A DNA stretch of 64,000 nucleotides, from positions 51,430 through 115,429 of the forward strand of contig DATABS010000013.1 of the NCBI GenBank assembly GCA_036259475.1, read 5' to 3'. The DNA is from Acidimicrobiia bacterium. GTDB lineage: Bacteria > Actinomycetota > Acidimicrobiia > Spongiisociales > ZC4RG35. The position numbers and the translations under genes were made by a program. Positions within the stretch are counted from its first letter, which is position 1, and every line of letters begins with the position of its first letter. Positions 9,076 to 18,838 of this stretch are shown one piece after another. The notes beneath the pieces are model-generated. The model did no database searches. It worked only from the letters and a program-made list of their open reading frames with translations, and had not been told where the DNA came from.

Positions 9076-9753
9076 TCAGTCGTTTCGGTCGCCGGATACG
9101 GCTCCGGAAGGGCGCGTGAACACTCGGACGGACTCGGGCGAGAACGACTCAGACTGGGTCTGATCGACGGTCCACTCCGATGAGTGGCGCAGGATGGGTT
9201 GGCGGCCGGTGAGGCGGACGAACTCGGCTACCAGCTGACCTGGGTCGCTGTCGGGGATGTTGAGCAGCCTGAATCCGGGGTCTCCTTGTTCATCCACCCA
9301 TCGGACCAGCTGGCTCTCGTCCGCCAGTGCCCAAGCGATGATCATGGCGGCGTGCTCGGTCCCTCGCTGTTCCCAGACGAAGTCATGGCTGTCCCAGGTG
9401 GGGAGGCGGCGGCGGGAGACGAAAGCCTCCTGGTCGGCGGCCGTGAGGTTGGACTCGGCCCAGGCATGGGCGAGCTCGTGAATGACCACCTCGCGGTCCT
9501 CGGTGCACACCTTGACGACCCTGGAATCGGGGAAGTAGAGGCCTCTACGCAGCCGGCAAGCGGTGGTGTCCTCGAAGAACTCGAACGTCACATCGGGCAG
9601 AACCAAACCAGCGGCGGCAAAACGCTCCGCCGCCCAGGCGACCATCGGATGGTCGGACGACGTTGCCTCTTGGTCAACAGAGGAGGGAACACCGGAGGTG
9701 AACACCAGCAGAGCGATGATCGCCGGGAGCGGAGAGCGTATGAGCCATGCCAT
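9076..9753 (-). CDS. Secreted hypothetical protein with an HExxH metallopeptidase motif
   Basis: Signal peptide; VIHELAHAW and downstream EHAA. Confidence 0.7.
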   Translation of the reverse strand: MAWLIRSPLPAIIALLVFTSGVPSSVDQEATSSDHPMVAWAAERFAAAGLVLPDVTFEFFEDTTACRLRRGLYFPDSRVVKVCTEDREVVIHELAHAWAESNLTAADQEAFVSRRRLPTWDSHDFVWEQRGTEHAAMIIAWALADESQLVRWVDEQGDPGFRLLNIPDSDPGQLVAEFVRLTGRQPILRHSSEWTVDQTQSESFSPESVRVFTRPSGAVSGDRND

Positions 9754-9868
9754 CCGGCGAACATGCGGCCAGGCAGCTGTCGCCTCGCTGGCAAGCGGCT
9801 GTCAGATTGCTGTCGTGCCCACCGACCGGAACTATTTAGCTACTGCACACATCTAGTAGTCTGCGCGG

Positions 9869-10339
9869 GTGAACGTCACCCAAACGATCGAGGAGCTGGT
9901 CGAGCGGCTCGACCGTTCCGTCACCGGCATCACCCGTAGAGCCGCCATTCGCCGCCTCTACCGGCGTCTGGCCTCGGTGGCCGGCACGGAAGTGGAACGT
10001 TCCTCCTATCTGGTGCTCAAGCAGCTCGTCGCCGACGGGCCTACCCGAATCACCGACCTCGCTCATGAGCACGGGGTCGAACCTTCGACCATGAGCCGCC
10101 ACACGAGCGGGCTGGAGGAATCAGGGCTGGTGGTGAAGCGAGCCGATCCGTCCGACCGCCGGGTGGCGCTGGCGGAGGCCACTGGCAAAGGGGCCAGTGT
10201 GGTGGAGAAGGTGGAGGCTGAGCGACACCGGATATTCACCGCCATCCTCTCGCGCTGGGATCCCTCCGACGCCGCCCGCTTCGTCGACCTCATCGAACGG
10301 TTCGACGCCGACGTCACCGACCTACTGCAGCAACCATGA
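9869..10339 (+). CDS. MarR-family regulator
   Basis: ITDLA..HGVEPSTMSRH..LEESGLV.KRADPSDRR; overlaps the MFS start. Confidence 0.92.
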   Translation: MNVTQTIEELVERLDRSVTGITRRAAIRRLYRRLASVAGTEVERSSYLVLKQLVADGPTRITDLAHEHGVEPSTMSRHTSGLEESGLVVKRADPSDRRVALAEATGKGASVVEKVEAERHRIFTAILSRWDPSDAARFVDLIERFDADVTDLLQQP

Positions 10340-11892
10340 CCGACACCGCTCTGCCGGGGACACCGGCACCCCGCCCGGTGCCGATGTCGCACCGAGAGAT
10401 CCTCCTCGTCTTCGTCAGCCTCATGTTGGGGATGTTCCTCGCCTCTCTCGACCAGACGATCGTCGCCACCGCCTTGCCGACGATCGTCGGCGAGCTGGGG
10501 GGCCTCGAGCACCTTTCTTGGGTCGTCACCGCCTATCTAGTCACTTCCACGGCCAGCGCTCCTCTCTACGGAAAGCTGTCCGACCTCTACGGCCGCAAGA
10601 TCATGTTCCAGGCGGCGATCGCCATCTTCCTGCTCGGTTCGGTCCTCTCCGGCCTCTCCCAGTCGATGGGCCAGCTCATCGCCTTTCGGGCCGTCCAGGG
10701 CATCGGGGCCGGCGGGCTGATCGTCATGGCCTTGACGATCATCGGCGACGTCCTGTCTCCGCGCGAGCGCGGGAAATATCAGGGATACATGGGGTCGGTC
10801 TTCGCCGTGTCATCCGTCGGCGGTCCCTTGCTCGGTGGCTTCTTCGTCGACAACCTGGACTGGCGCTGGGTCTTTTACATCAATCTGCCCGTCGGGCTGG
10901 TGGCCCTGGCTGCCACCGCCCGGTTCCTCCACCTCCCCACTCGCCGCCGGGAGCACCGCATCGACTATCCGGGCGCGATGCTGCTCGTTTCTGGGGTGAG
11001 CGCAGCCCTGCTGGTCATGGTGTGGGGCGGCAGCGAATACGCCTGGACGTCACCTTTGATCATCGCTCTGGGGGGAGCAGCCGTCCTGCTGCTCTCACTC
11101 TTCCTGGCGCAGGAGCGACGGGCCGAGGAGCCGATCCTCCCCCTTCGCCTGTTCCGGAACAAGGTGTTCAGCATCACATCGGCTGCCGGCTTCATCATGG
11201 GTGTCGCCATGTTCGGAGGGATCATCTTCCTGCCGCTGTTCCTGCAGGTCGTGACAGGGGTCAGCGCCACCCAATCCGGCCTCTTGCTCGTTCCTCTCAT
11301 GGCCGGGATCCTCACTACCTCCATCGTCTCCGGGCGACGCATCAGCCACCACGGACGCTACAAGCGTTATCCCATCGCGGGGATGATGCTCACCACCGTC
11401 GGCCTCTATCTGCTCTCCACCATGGATCCGGACACCGGCGTCGTTCTCGCCTCTGTCTACATGGTGATCTTCGGCAGCGGACTGGGACTGGTGATGCAGG
11501 TGCTCGTCATCGCCGTCCAGAACGCGGTCGATGTGACCGACCTGGGTGCCGCCACCTCCGCCACCACCTTCTTCCGCTCGCTCGGAGGCTCCTTCGGCAC
11601 GGCGCTCTTCGGTGCCGTCCTTTCCGCCCGCCTCACCTCCGAGATCGCCACCCGCCTGCCCGACGTCTCGGGTACCGTCCCGGTGAGCCAGCTCACCGGT
11701 AGTCCCGCTCTCCTGGCCCAGCTTCCCGAGCACATCCGCGGTCCGCTGATCGAAAGCTTCTCGGTGTCGATCACCGACGTGTTCCTCGTCGGAATCCCTT
11801 TCGCCTTGGCGGCCCTGGTCCTCGTGATCTGGCTGCCCGAGCTGCCCCTGCGCGACACGGCCCATGTGGGCGGAGCGCCCACCGAGCTCTGA
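10336..11892 (+). CDS. DHA2 (EmrB/QacA) MFS efflux transporter
   Basis: LDQTIVATALPTIV, GKLSDLYGRK, 14 TM pattern. Confidence 0.95.
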   Translation: MTDTALPGTPAPRPVPMSHREILLVFVSLMLGMFLASLDQTIVATALPTIVGELGGLEHLSWVVTAYLVTSTASAPLYGKLSDLYGRKIMFQAAIAIFLLGSVLSGLSQSMGQLIAFRAVQGIGAGGLIVMALTIIGDVLSPRERGKYQGYMGSVFAVSSVGGPLLGGFFVDNLDWRWVFYINLPVGLVALAATARFLHLPTRRREHRIDYPGAMLLVSGVSAALLVMVWGGSEYAWTSPLIIALGGAAVLLLSLFLAQERRAEEPILPLRLFRNKVFSITSAAGFIMGVAMFGGIIFLPLFLQVVTGVSATQSGLLLVPLMAGILTTSIVSGRRISHHGRYKRYPIAGMMLTTVGLYLLSTMDPDTGVVLASVYMVIFGSGLGLVMQVLVIAVQNAVDVTDLGAATSATTFFRSLGGSFGTALFGAVLSARLTSEIATRLPDVSGTVPVSQLTGSPALLAQLPEHIRGPLIESFSVSITDVFLVGIPFALAALVLVIWLPELPLRDTAHVGGAPTEL

Positions 11893-11935
11893 CCCCCTTT
11901 CCAGTTGCGAGCTCCTGTTCGCTACGTTGAGCACC

Positions 11936-12316
11936 GTGGATCGCTACCAGGACGTCGTGGAGACCCAGATCCGGGAGGCATTGGAGCGGGGCGATTTCGA
12001 TGATTTGCCGGGAACCGGACAACCTCTGAACTTGAAGGACGAAGGACCGGCTTGGTGGGCTCGGCGCAAGATCGAGCAGATCAAGGCGGAAGACCGGATC
12101 ACCGAGATAGCCCGGGAACTCCAAGACCAGATCGATCAGATGTGGTCGCTTCCTGACGAAGAGTCGGTCTCCGAAGCCGCGGCGGATCTGAACCAACGCA
12201 TCGAGGCGCTCAACAGCCAGCTTCCCGGTGATGCCGCCATCCCCGTGATCGACCCGGCCGAAGCAACTCGCACTTGGCGGAGCATGTTCCGAATCCGACA
12301 GCGACCTACGAACTGA
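11936..12316 (+). CDS. DUF1992 (DnaJ-family-associated) domain protein
   Basis: VETQIREALERGDFDDLPGTGQPL; leaderless GTG 7 nt after TACGTT. Confidence 0.85.
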   Translation: MDRYQDVVETQIREALERGDFDDLPGTGQPLNLKDEGPAWWARRKIEQIKAEDRITEIARELQDQIDQMWSLPDEESVSEAAADLNQRIEALNSQLPGDAAIPVIDPAEATRTWRSMFRIRQRPTN

Positions 12317-12353
12317 CGTCACCGACACGGCGTGCGTGCCATCCTGCCTGCGC

Positions 12354-13787
12354 ATGGATGGCAGTTACGACGTGATCGTGATCGGCGCCGGCGCCGCAGG
12401 TGAGAATGCGGCGGCTGCCGCCGCCCGAGGGGGCCTCGACGTCGCCATCGTGGAACGCGACCTCGCCGGCGGCGAATGCTCCTACTGGGCTTGCATGCCG
12501 TCGAAGACGCTGCTCAATCCCGGCAAGGTGCTCGAGGTGGCCCGACGGGCGCCAGGAGCCTCCGCCTCGGTGACCGGGCAGGTGGATGTGGCCGACACCC
12601 TGGAGCGCCGCAACCGGATCGTGCATGACTGGGACGACTCGAGCCAGGTCGAGTGGCTGAAGAATGAAGGCGTCGCGCTCATCCGCGGCCACGCCCGCTT
12701 CACCGGGGAACGAAGGCTGAGCGTCACCGCTTCCGACGGGTCGAAGACCGAGTTGCGGGCAACGTCTGCAGTCGTGATCGCCACCGGCAGCCGGCCGAGC
12801 GATCCCGGCATCCAGGGGATGGAAGAGGTCGATACCTGGGGAAGCCGCGAGATAACGGCCGCCGAGGCGGTTCCCGCCCGTCTGCTCATCGTCGGCGGCG
12901 GGACCGTGGGCGTGGAGATGGCCCAGGCATGGGCCTGGCTCGGCTCACACGTGACTCTGGTCCACAACTCGAGGCACCTGCTCAAGAGTGAGGAGCCCTT
13001 CGTGAGCGACGAACTGCGTGGCGCCTTCGAACGGATCGGAATCACCGTCCTCACCGAGACGGAAACCGAGCGGCTCCGAACCGAGGACGATGGGAGCACG
13101 GTCGCCTCCGTCCGCCACGGCGACGGGACCATCGAGGAGATCGACGCCGACGAAGTCCTGGTGGCAACAGGTCGCCGGCCGAGAACCGATGACGTTGGCC
13201 TCCTCGAGATCGGTCTTCAGCCGGGCCAGCGGCTCACGGTTGACAGCCACATGCGGGTCCAGGGAGTCGAAGCAGGATGGCTCTATGCCGTCGGCGACGT
13301 GAACGGGCGGGCTCTCCTCACCCACATGGGCAAATACCAGGCGCGTATCGCCGGAGCCCACATCGCCGGCCAGCGCGAGGCGGCCGTATCGGAGGTCTCG
13401 GCCGTGCCCCGCGTCGTGTTCACGAGCCCGGAGATCGCAGCCGTGGGACTCACCGAGACCGAGGCGCGAGCGGCCCGCATCCCGGTCGGGACAGTCACCT
13501 ACGACATCGGTCAGGTGGCCGCCGCCAGTGTCCTCGGCCGAGGCTATAAGGGCACGTGCAAGCTGGTGATCGATACCCGACGCCAGATCGTCGTCGGAGC
13601 CACATTCGTGGGGCCGCAGGTAGCCGACCTGCTCCACTCAGCCACCGTGGCAATCGTCGGTGAAGTCCCCCTCTCCCGGCTCTGGCATGCGGTGCCGTCC
13701 TTCCCGACGTTCAGCGAGGTGTGGCTCCGTTTGCTCGAGGCCTACCGAGACGGCGGCTGGGACCCTTACCAGTCCGAGCCGGGCTGA
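12354..13787 (+). CDS. Pyridine nucleotide-disulfide oxidoreductase (dihydrolipoamide dehydrogenase-like)
   Basis: VIGAGAAG, GGECSYWACMPSK redox disulfide, GGGTVGVE, GDVNG. Confidence 0.92.
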   Translation: MDGSYDVIVIGAGAAGENAAAAAARGGLDVAIVERDLAGGECSYWACMPSKTLLNPGKVLEVARRAPGASASVTGQVDVADTLERRNRIVHDWDDSSQVEWLKNEGVALIRGHARFTGERRLSVTASDGSKTELRATSAVVIATGSRPSDPGIQGMEEVDTWGSREITAAEAVPARLLIVGGGTVGVEMAQAWAWLGSHVTLVHNSRHLLKSEEPFVSDELRGAFERIGITVLTETETERLRTEDDGSTVASVRHGDGTIEEIDADEVLVATGRRPRTDDVGLLEIGLQPGQRLTVDSHMRVQGVEAGWLYAVGDVNGRALLTHMGKYQARIAGAHIAGQREAAVSEVSAVPRVVFTSPEIAAVGLTETEARAARIPVGTVTYDIGQVAAASVLGRGYKGTCKLVIDTRRQIVVGATFVGPQVADLLHSATVAIVGEVPLSRLWHAVPSFPTFSEVWLRLLEAYRDGGWDPYQSEPG

Positions 13788-13885
13788 ACCGATCTTCGGC
13801 GCCTCGCCACATCCGATTCTCGCCGAGTAGTCCCACCTGGCGCTCGTTACAGTGAGCGCCCGTCAGTCAAGGAGCCCTGCCGCCG

Positions 13886-14680
13886 ATGTCACCCTCCGAC
13901 AGACCTTCAGGTCGCCCCCGCCTCGTTTTCGGCGACGACGGTGCGCCGCCGGCTGACACGGCCTGGCGCTGGCTGACCTCCCAGGAGTGGTCGGGATGGG
14001 ACATCGAAGTGATGACTGCCGACACCGATGACACCCGCGTCAAATGGGGTGAGCCTCCGGCCGTCGAGGAGTGGACACCCACGTGGGGCAGATCCGAAGC
14101 TATTCCCGGCGCGGTGGCCGTGCGGTTTCTCAAGGCAGCCACAGATCCCAGAGCCATGCTGGCCGATCGGGAAGACGCCGATGTCATCCTCCTCGGTCTG
14201 AGTGCCCACAGCATGCTGCGAGGCATGGTGACCGGGAGCACAACGGAGTGGCTCCTCCACCACCCACCATCGCCGCTGGTCGTGGCCCAAAGCCCCGAAC
14301 AGGTGAACAAGGTCACTGTGTGTGCGGACGGATCGACCCACTCGCGAGCCGCTCTCGGCGCTTTCACCGCTTTGCCGCTGGCGTCGGAGACCCGGGTGAC
14401 CGTCCTGGCGGTCGACGACGGACGCACCGACGCCCGCCACGCCGCTCAGGAGGCGGCGGCGCTGCTGGACGGCAAGGTGCGAGAGGTGAGCATGGTCGTG
14501 GTTGAAGGCCAGCCGACCACCGTGATCCTCGAACAGGTGGAAGAGAACTACTCCGAACTGGTCGTCCTGGGGACGCGGGGACTGACCGGCTGGCAACGGC
14601 TCGTGCTTGGATCCACTGCTTCGGCGGTGGTCCGGGGGGTCGCCTGCACCAGCCTCGTTGCCTCCGCCGACATGGGTTAA
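13886..14680 (+). CDS. Tandem universal stress protein
   Basis: GSTTEWLLHHPPSPLVV and VVLGTRGLTGWQRLVLGSTASAVV. Confidence 0.88.
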   Translation: MSPSDRPSGRPRLVFGDDGAPPADTAWRWLTSQEWSGWDIEVMTADTDDTRVKWGEPPAVEEWTPTWGRSEAIPGAVAVRFLKAATDPRAMLADREDADVILLGLSAHSMLRGMVTGSTTEWLLHHPPSPLVVAQSPEQVNKVTVCADGSTHSRAALGAFTALPLASETRVTVLAVDDGRTDARHAAQEAAALLDGKVREVSMVVVEGQPTTVILEQVEENYSELVVLGTRGLTGWQRLVLGSTASAVVRGVACTSLVASADMG

Positions 14681-14690
14681 CATGCCCACC

Positions 14691-14797
14691 ACGGAGGGGA
14701 GTAGCCCCCAACTGGAAGATCGACATCCTGGCGCCGGATCGAGCGGCGTCCGGTCTCCAGGCCGGTTGAGATCCTCGACGGCGGGCAAGACCTCCGA
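14691..14797 (+). promoter_or_regulatory. yybP-ykoY (Mn2+) riboswitch
   Basis: GGGGAGTAGC at the 5' end, TCGACAT internal motif, GGCAAGACC at the 3' end, CGGAGG/CCTCCG closing stem, upstream of a TerC gene. Confidence 0.85.
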
Positions 14798-14845
14798 CAC
14801 GGACATGAAGACGTCCGGGTCGGGGTCGTCCCGTCCGGTGAAGGA

Positions 14846-15868
14846 ATGCTCAACCTCTCAATGACACCGCTCTCCGTCCTAGCAGCAGACGAACCTGCCG
14901 CCGGCTCGTTCGCCAGCTTCGATGTCCCCGGCTGGGTTTGGGTGACCTTCCTCATCGGAGTCGCCGTCCTGCTGATGGTCGACCTGCTCCTCGTTCACCG
15001 ACGGCCTCACGTCATATCGTTCCGGGAAGCGGCTATCGAGTCCTCGATCTGGATCGCCCTCGGCCTCTCCTTCACGCTGGTGATGCTGGTGTGGCAAGGG
15101 GGCGGCGCCGCCGGAGAATACCTGGCCGGCTACCTCATAGAGAAGAGCCTGTCGGTCGACAACGTCTTCGTCTGGGCGGTGATCCTCAGCTACTTCGCCG
15201 TACCGGCCGAGTATCAGTTCCGGGTCCTCTTCTGGGGCGTGTTCGGAGCGCTGGTCTTGCGGGCGGTCTTCATCTTCGCCGGCGTGGCGCTGATCGAGCA
15301 GTTCGACTGGATCCTGTATGTCTTCGGCGCTTTCTTGATCTTCACCGCCTTCCGGATCGCCCGGCATGAGGAAGCCGAGATCCACCCCGAGGACAACCCG
15401 GTTCTCAAGTTGTTTCGCCGGGTCGTGCCTTCAAGCACCGAATACGACGGCCAGAAGTTGTTCACGCGCCGCGCCGGCCGGCTTCTCGCCACTCCCCTAT
15501 TCGCAGTCCTGGTGTTGATCGAGAGCACCGACGTCGTCTTCGACGTCGACTCCATCCCCGCCATCCTCGCCGTCAGCCGGGAGCCCTTCATCGTCTTCTC
15601 GTCGAACGCGTTCGCCATTCTCGGATTGAGAGCCCTCTATTTCCTGTTGGCCGGCATGGCTGGACGGTTTCGGTATCTCAACCTGGGCCTCGGGGTGATA
15701 TTGGCCTTCGTGGGCGTGAAGATGGTCATCGCCGAGTGGTACCACATGCCGATATGGCTCAGCCTCACGGTTATCGCGGTGGTCCTGACCGTCACTATCG
15801 TCGCCTCGCTCCGCGAGGAACGCCGGGAGAATGCGACCTCCGACGCTCCCACCGCGGCGGATACGTAA
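14846..15868 (+). CDS. terC: TerC/Alx-family membrane protein (Mn2+ homeostasis)
   Basis: YLIEKSLSVDNVFV, RVLFWGVFGALVLR, DVVFDVDSIPA, NAFAILGLRALYF. Confidence 0.94.
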   Translation: MLNLSMTPLSVLAADEPAAGSFASFDVPGWVWVTFLIGVAVLLMVDLLLVHRRPHVISFREAAIESSIWIALGLSFTLVMLVWQGGGAAGEYLAGYLIEKSLSVDNVFVWAVILSYFAVPAEYQFRVLFWGVFGALVLRAVFIFAGVALIEQFDWILYVFGAFLIFTAFRIARHEEAEIHPEDNPVLKLFRRVVPSSTEYDGQKLFTRRAGRLLATPLFAVLVLIESTDVVFDVDSIPAILAVSREPFIVFSSNAFAILGLRALYFLLAGMAGRFRYLNLGLGVILAFVGVKMVIAEWYHMPIWLSLTVIAVVLTVTIVASLREERRENATSDAPTAADT

Positions 15869-15892
15869 GCGCCGGCACCGTCTTCGCTGAAT

Positions 15893-15919
15893 TTGCAAAA
15901 ACTAGCGTTGTGCTATCCT
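15893..15919 (+). promoter_or_regulatory. Sigma70-type promoter, TTGCAA ... TGnTATCCT (extended -10)
   Basis: TTGCAA 15893-15898, TG 15911-15912, TATCCT 15914-15919; spacer is short (15 nt). Confidence 0.6.
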
Positions 15920-15925
15920 GAGGCA

Positions 15926-16045
15926 GCAGCGGGGAGCCGGTTTCCCCACCACACCGGTGAGCCCGAGAGCGTCCAGGCGTACCCTCCTCCCCGATCTTCG
16001 GATCGGATCCTCTCCGCCTCTCTCCCGCTCTCGGGCTTCCCCGCT
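15926..16045 (+). ncRNA. Candidate structured small RNA (or otsA leader) with CU-rich loops
   Basis: Five nested stems including a perfect 12 bp helix and a cUUCGg tetraloop; begins about 7 nt after the -10 box. Confidence 0.6.
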
Positions 16046-16083
16046 ACCAGGGTTAAGGTCGGCGTAATGAGTATCTCACTCCC

Positions 16084-17460
16084 ATGACCGACTCGTCATC
16101 ACGCCTTGTCGTAGCGGCGAATCGCCTACCCGTTCGATGGGATTCCGACGACCGGCGCTGGGTCACCAGCCCGGGCGGTCTGGTTTCGGCCCTGGTTCCG
16201 ATCCTCCAGGAACGGGGCGGAGTTTGGGTCGGTTGGAACGGCTCGGTCGGAGGCGAATCTGAGCGATTCACGGCCGACGAGATCGACAACCTGTCCGTGC
16301 CTCTCGACGAGGAACAGGTCAACGACCACTACTACGGCTTTTGCAATGGCACGATCTGGCCCCTGTATCACGACGCCATCCGTCCCCCGGAATTCCATCG
16401 TCACTGGTGGCGCAAGCATGCCGAGGTCAACCAGCAGTTCGCCGACGCCATCATTTCGGTCTGCCGACCGGGTGACACCATCTGGGTACACGACTACCAG
16501 CTGCAGTTGGTGCCTGAAATGGTCCGACAGCACCTCCCAGGCAACCGGATAGGCTTCTTCCTCCACATCCCGTTCCCTCCGCCCGAGATATTCGAGCGGC
16601 TTCCGTGGCGGCGCCAGATCCTCGAAGGACTCCTCGGTGCCGACTACATCGGCTTTCAGACCCGCAGAGCAGCACTCAACTTCGCCGCCTCGGCTCGCGA
16701 GTTCGCCGGAGCCCGCGGCCCTGCCGCCTCGATGCGCTACGCCAACCGGGAGGTGAGGGCCGAGCCGGTCCCCATCGCCATAGACACGGCTCACTACGCC
16801 GGAGCCGCGTCTGACCTCTCGGTTCAGCGGCTCGGGGCCGAGCTCAGACGCGATCTCGGTGACCCCCCGACCATCATTCTGGGGGTCGATCGTCTGGACT
16901 ACACGAAAGGAATCGACCTTCGGCTTCGAGTGCTCGAGACGTTCTTCGACGAGCATCCCGAGCTGATCGGCAAGGTCTCACTCGTTCAGATTTCGGTGCC
17001 CAGCCGCGAGGATGTGGACGAATACCAGGAGATCCGCCGCCAGGTCGAAGAGATGGTCGGTCGGGTGAACGGAAGATTCGCCCAGGCCGGGTGGACGCCG
17101 ATCCACTACGTGTACCGCTCGATCCCCTTCGAAGAGCTCATCGGCGCCTATCTCACCGCCGACGTGATGCTCGTGACGCCGCTCCGCGACGGCATGAATC
17201 TGGTTGCCAAGGAGTACATCGCCACCCGGGTCGACGACTCGGGCGTCCTCATACTCAGCGAGTTCGCGGGCGCTGCCGAGCAGCTCGAGGAGGCGCTGAT
17301 AGTCAATCCATACGACCTCGATGCACTCTCGGCGACAATCCATCAAGCGGTGACAATGGGAATCGAAGAGCAGCGCCGGAGGATGCGGCGTCTTCGCCGC
17401 AAGGTCACTCGTTGGGATGTTCACAGCTGGGCGCGCCACAACCTCGAAGAGATCGCCTGA
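16084..17460 (+). CDS. otsA: Trehalose-6-phosphate synthase (GT20)
   Basis: [58 protein letters not shown]; a glucosylglycerol-phosphate synthase cannot be excluded. Confidence 0.9.
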   Translation: MTDSSSRLVVAANRLPVRWDSDDRRWVTSPGGLVSALVPILQERGGVWVGWNGSVGGESERFTADEIDNLSVPLDEEQVNDHYYGFCNGTIWPLYHDAIRPPEFHRHWWRKHAEVNQQFADAIISVCRPGDTIWVHDYQLQLVPEMVRQHLPGNRIGFFLHIPFPPPEIFERLPWRRQILEGLLGADYIGFQTRRAALNFAASAREFAGARGPAASMRYANREVRAEPVPIAIDTAHYAGAASDLSVQRLGAELRRDLGDPPTIILGVDRLDYTKGIDLRLRVLETFFDEHPELIGKVSLVQISVPSREDVDEYQEIRRQVEEMVGRVNGRFAQAGWTPIHYVYRSIPFEELIGAYLTADVMLVTPLRDGMNLVAKEYIATRVDDSGVLILSEFAGAAEQLEEALIVNPYDLDALSATIHQAVTMGIEEQRRRMRRLRRKVTRWDVHSWARHNLEEIA

Positions 17461-17481
17461 TGACGAGGCCTGCGGTCTGAG

Positions 17482-18162
17482 ATGTGTGGTCGCTTCGCCC
17501 TGACCGGCGACATCGATTTCTACCGCGGCTACTACGGCGTAGACGAGGTGACGAGCGAGTCGCTCGATCAAAGCTGGAACGTGGCTCCCACAGATGAGTC
17601 GTACGTGGTCGCCGAGAAGGATGACAAGCGCCTCCTGGGCAAGATGCCGTGGGGCCTCATTCCCTACTGGGCCGAGGACGACCGGACCATCCACATCAAC
17701 GCTCGAATCGAGACCGTGGCAACCAAGCCCGCCTTCAAACGGGCGCTGTCCCGCCACCGCTGCCTGATCCCCGCCGACGGCTTCTACGAGTGGGAGCCCA
17801 AGGAAGAGGGCCGAACCCCCCACTGGGTGTATCGGGCGGACGGCCACCCGATGTCGTTCGCCGGCATATGGGCCGCCTGGAAAGACCCGGCAACCGAACA
17901 ATGGACCCGGCGGTTCTCGATTCTCACCACCAAGGCGGAAGGGCCGATCGCCACGATCCACGACCGCATGCCGGTGATCCTAGACGACGACGTGTGGGAC
18001 GCCTGGCTCGACCGTGACCTCGAAGACCCCCGAGCTGCTCTCGACCTGATCCAGCTTCTGGACCCGGACCTCATCATGGAACACGCCGTCTCCTCCCAGG
18101 TCAACAGCGTCCGCAACAACTCCCCCGACCTGACCACCCCAACCAAAGAAACCCTCTTCTAG
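17482..18162 (+). CDS. SOS response-associated peptidase (SRAP/HMCES)
   Basis: MCGRF N-terminus, INARIET, RCLIPADGFYEW, IHDRMPVIL. Confidence 0.96.
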   Translation: MCGRFALTGDIDFYRGYYGVDEVTSESLDQSWNVAPTDESYVVAEKDDKRLLGKMPWGLIPYWAEDDRTIHINARIETVATKPAFKRALSRHRCLIPADGFYEWEPKEEGRTPHWVYRADGHPMSFAGIWAAWKDPATEQWTRRFSILTTKAEGPIATIHDRMPVILDDDVWDAWLDRDLEDPRAALDLIQLLDPDLIMEHAVSSQVNSVRNNSPDLTTPTKETLF

Positions 18163-18223
18163 ATCCCCCGAGTTTTGTCCGCCACGTCGAAAGTGTTTTG
18201 CTCCTTTGTTCCCACGACAACGG

Positions 18224-18423
18224 TGTTTGTCCCCCACGACGAAGGAGTGGGGGAAGGGACCCCGCTGGCGGAGCGCTAGCGGAGCCAGTGGGGTAGGGGG
18301 GAAACCACATTGAACCCGTCTTACAGGTGATTCGACGGGTTCGCCGTTGTTCCCCCCTACCTCCGAGTCGCCCTGGGGGGCGCCTCGCAGGGACCTTCCC
18401 CCAACTTCGTTGGGGGACGAACA
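18224..18423. repeat. Composite inverted REP/BIME-like palindromic element
   Basis: 18224-18303 and 18347-18423 are imperfect reverse complements, each with a CCCCCA..TGGGGG hairpin; central GAACCCGTC/GACGGGTTC hairpin. Confidence 0.65.
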
Positions 18424-18431
18424 TTTCTTGG

Positions 18432-18785
18432 CTACAACTCATCCGGAGGGATGTGGCTCGCGACCGTAATGAGGACCATCTCCAGATTCCCTAGAACCTC
18501 GTTGTTCCAGAATCTCATCACCACAAACCCTTGATCTTCCAGCCAGCGGGTCCGCACGTCGTCGTAGACGCTTTCGAGATGCTGGCTCCCGTCAATCTCG
18601 AGGATCCAACGGTGTCGCATACAGACGAAGTCGACGATGTAGGGGCCGATTACATGTTGGCGGCGGAAGCGGCAGTGGAGCTGACGGCCTCGGAGCTGGT
18701 TCCACACGACCGTCTCTGCCTCTGTCATCGCCCGTCGCAGGCGCCGGGCGCGCTCAGTTCGAAGCGGAGACTTTCTTCTTGCCAC
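18432..18785 (-). CDS. DUF559 (Vsr-like) endonuclease
   Basis: ARRLRRAMTEAE..VW..LR, FRRQHVIGPYIVDF, LEIDGSQH, RFWNNEV; start set at GTG 18785. Confidence 0.92.
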   Translation of the reverse strand: MARRKSPLRTERARRLRRAMTEAETVVWNQLRGRQLHCRFRRQHVIGPYIVDFVCMRHRWILEIDGSQHLESVYDDVRTRWLEDQGFVVMRFWNNEVLGNLEMVLITVASHIPPDEL

Positions 18786-18838
18786 CCAGCCAATGTCGCA
18801 CTTGGCTGTGACACGGCTGTCGCCGGTAGCCTGCGGGG

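Noticed and set aside
15926-16045. SRP RNA, 6C RNA or a CsrB-like RNA on the minus strand
   Set aside because: No CAGG..GGAA..AGCAG SRP core and no twin CCCCCC hairpins; the promoter and cUUCGg loop favour the plus strand over the GGA-rich minus reading.
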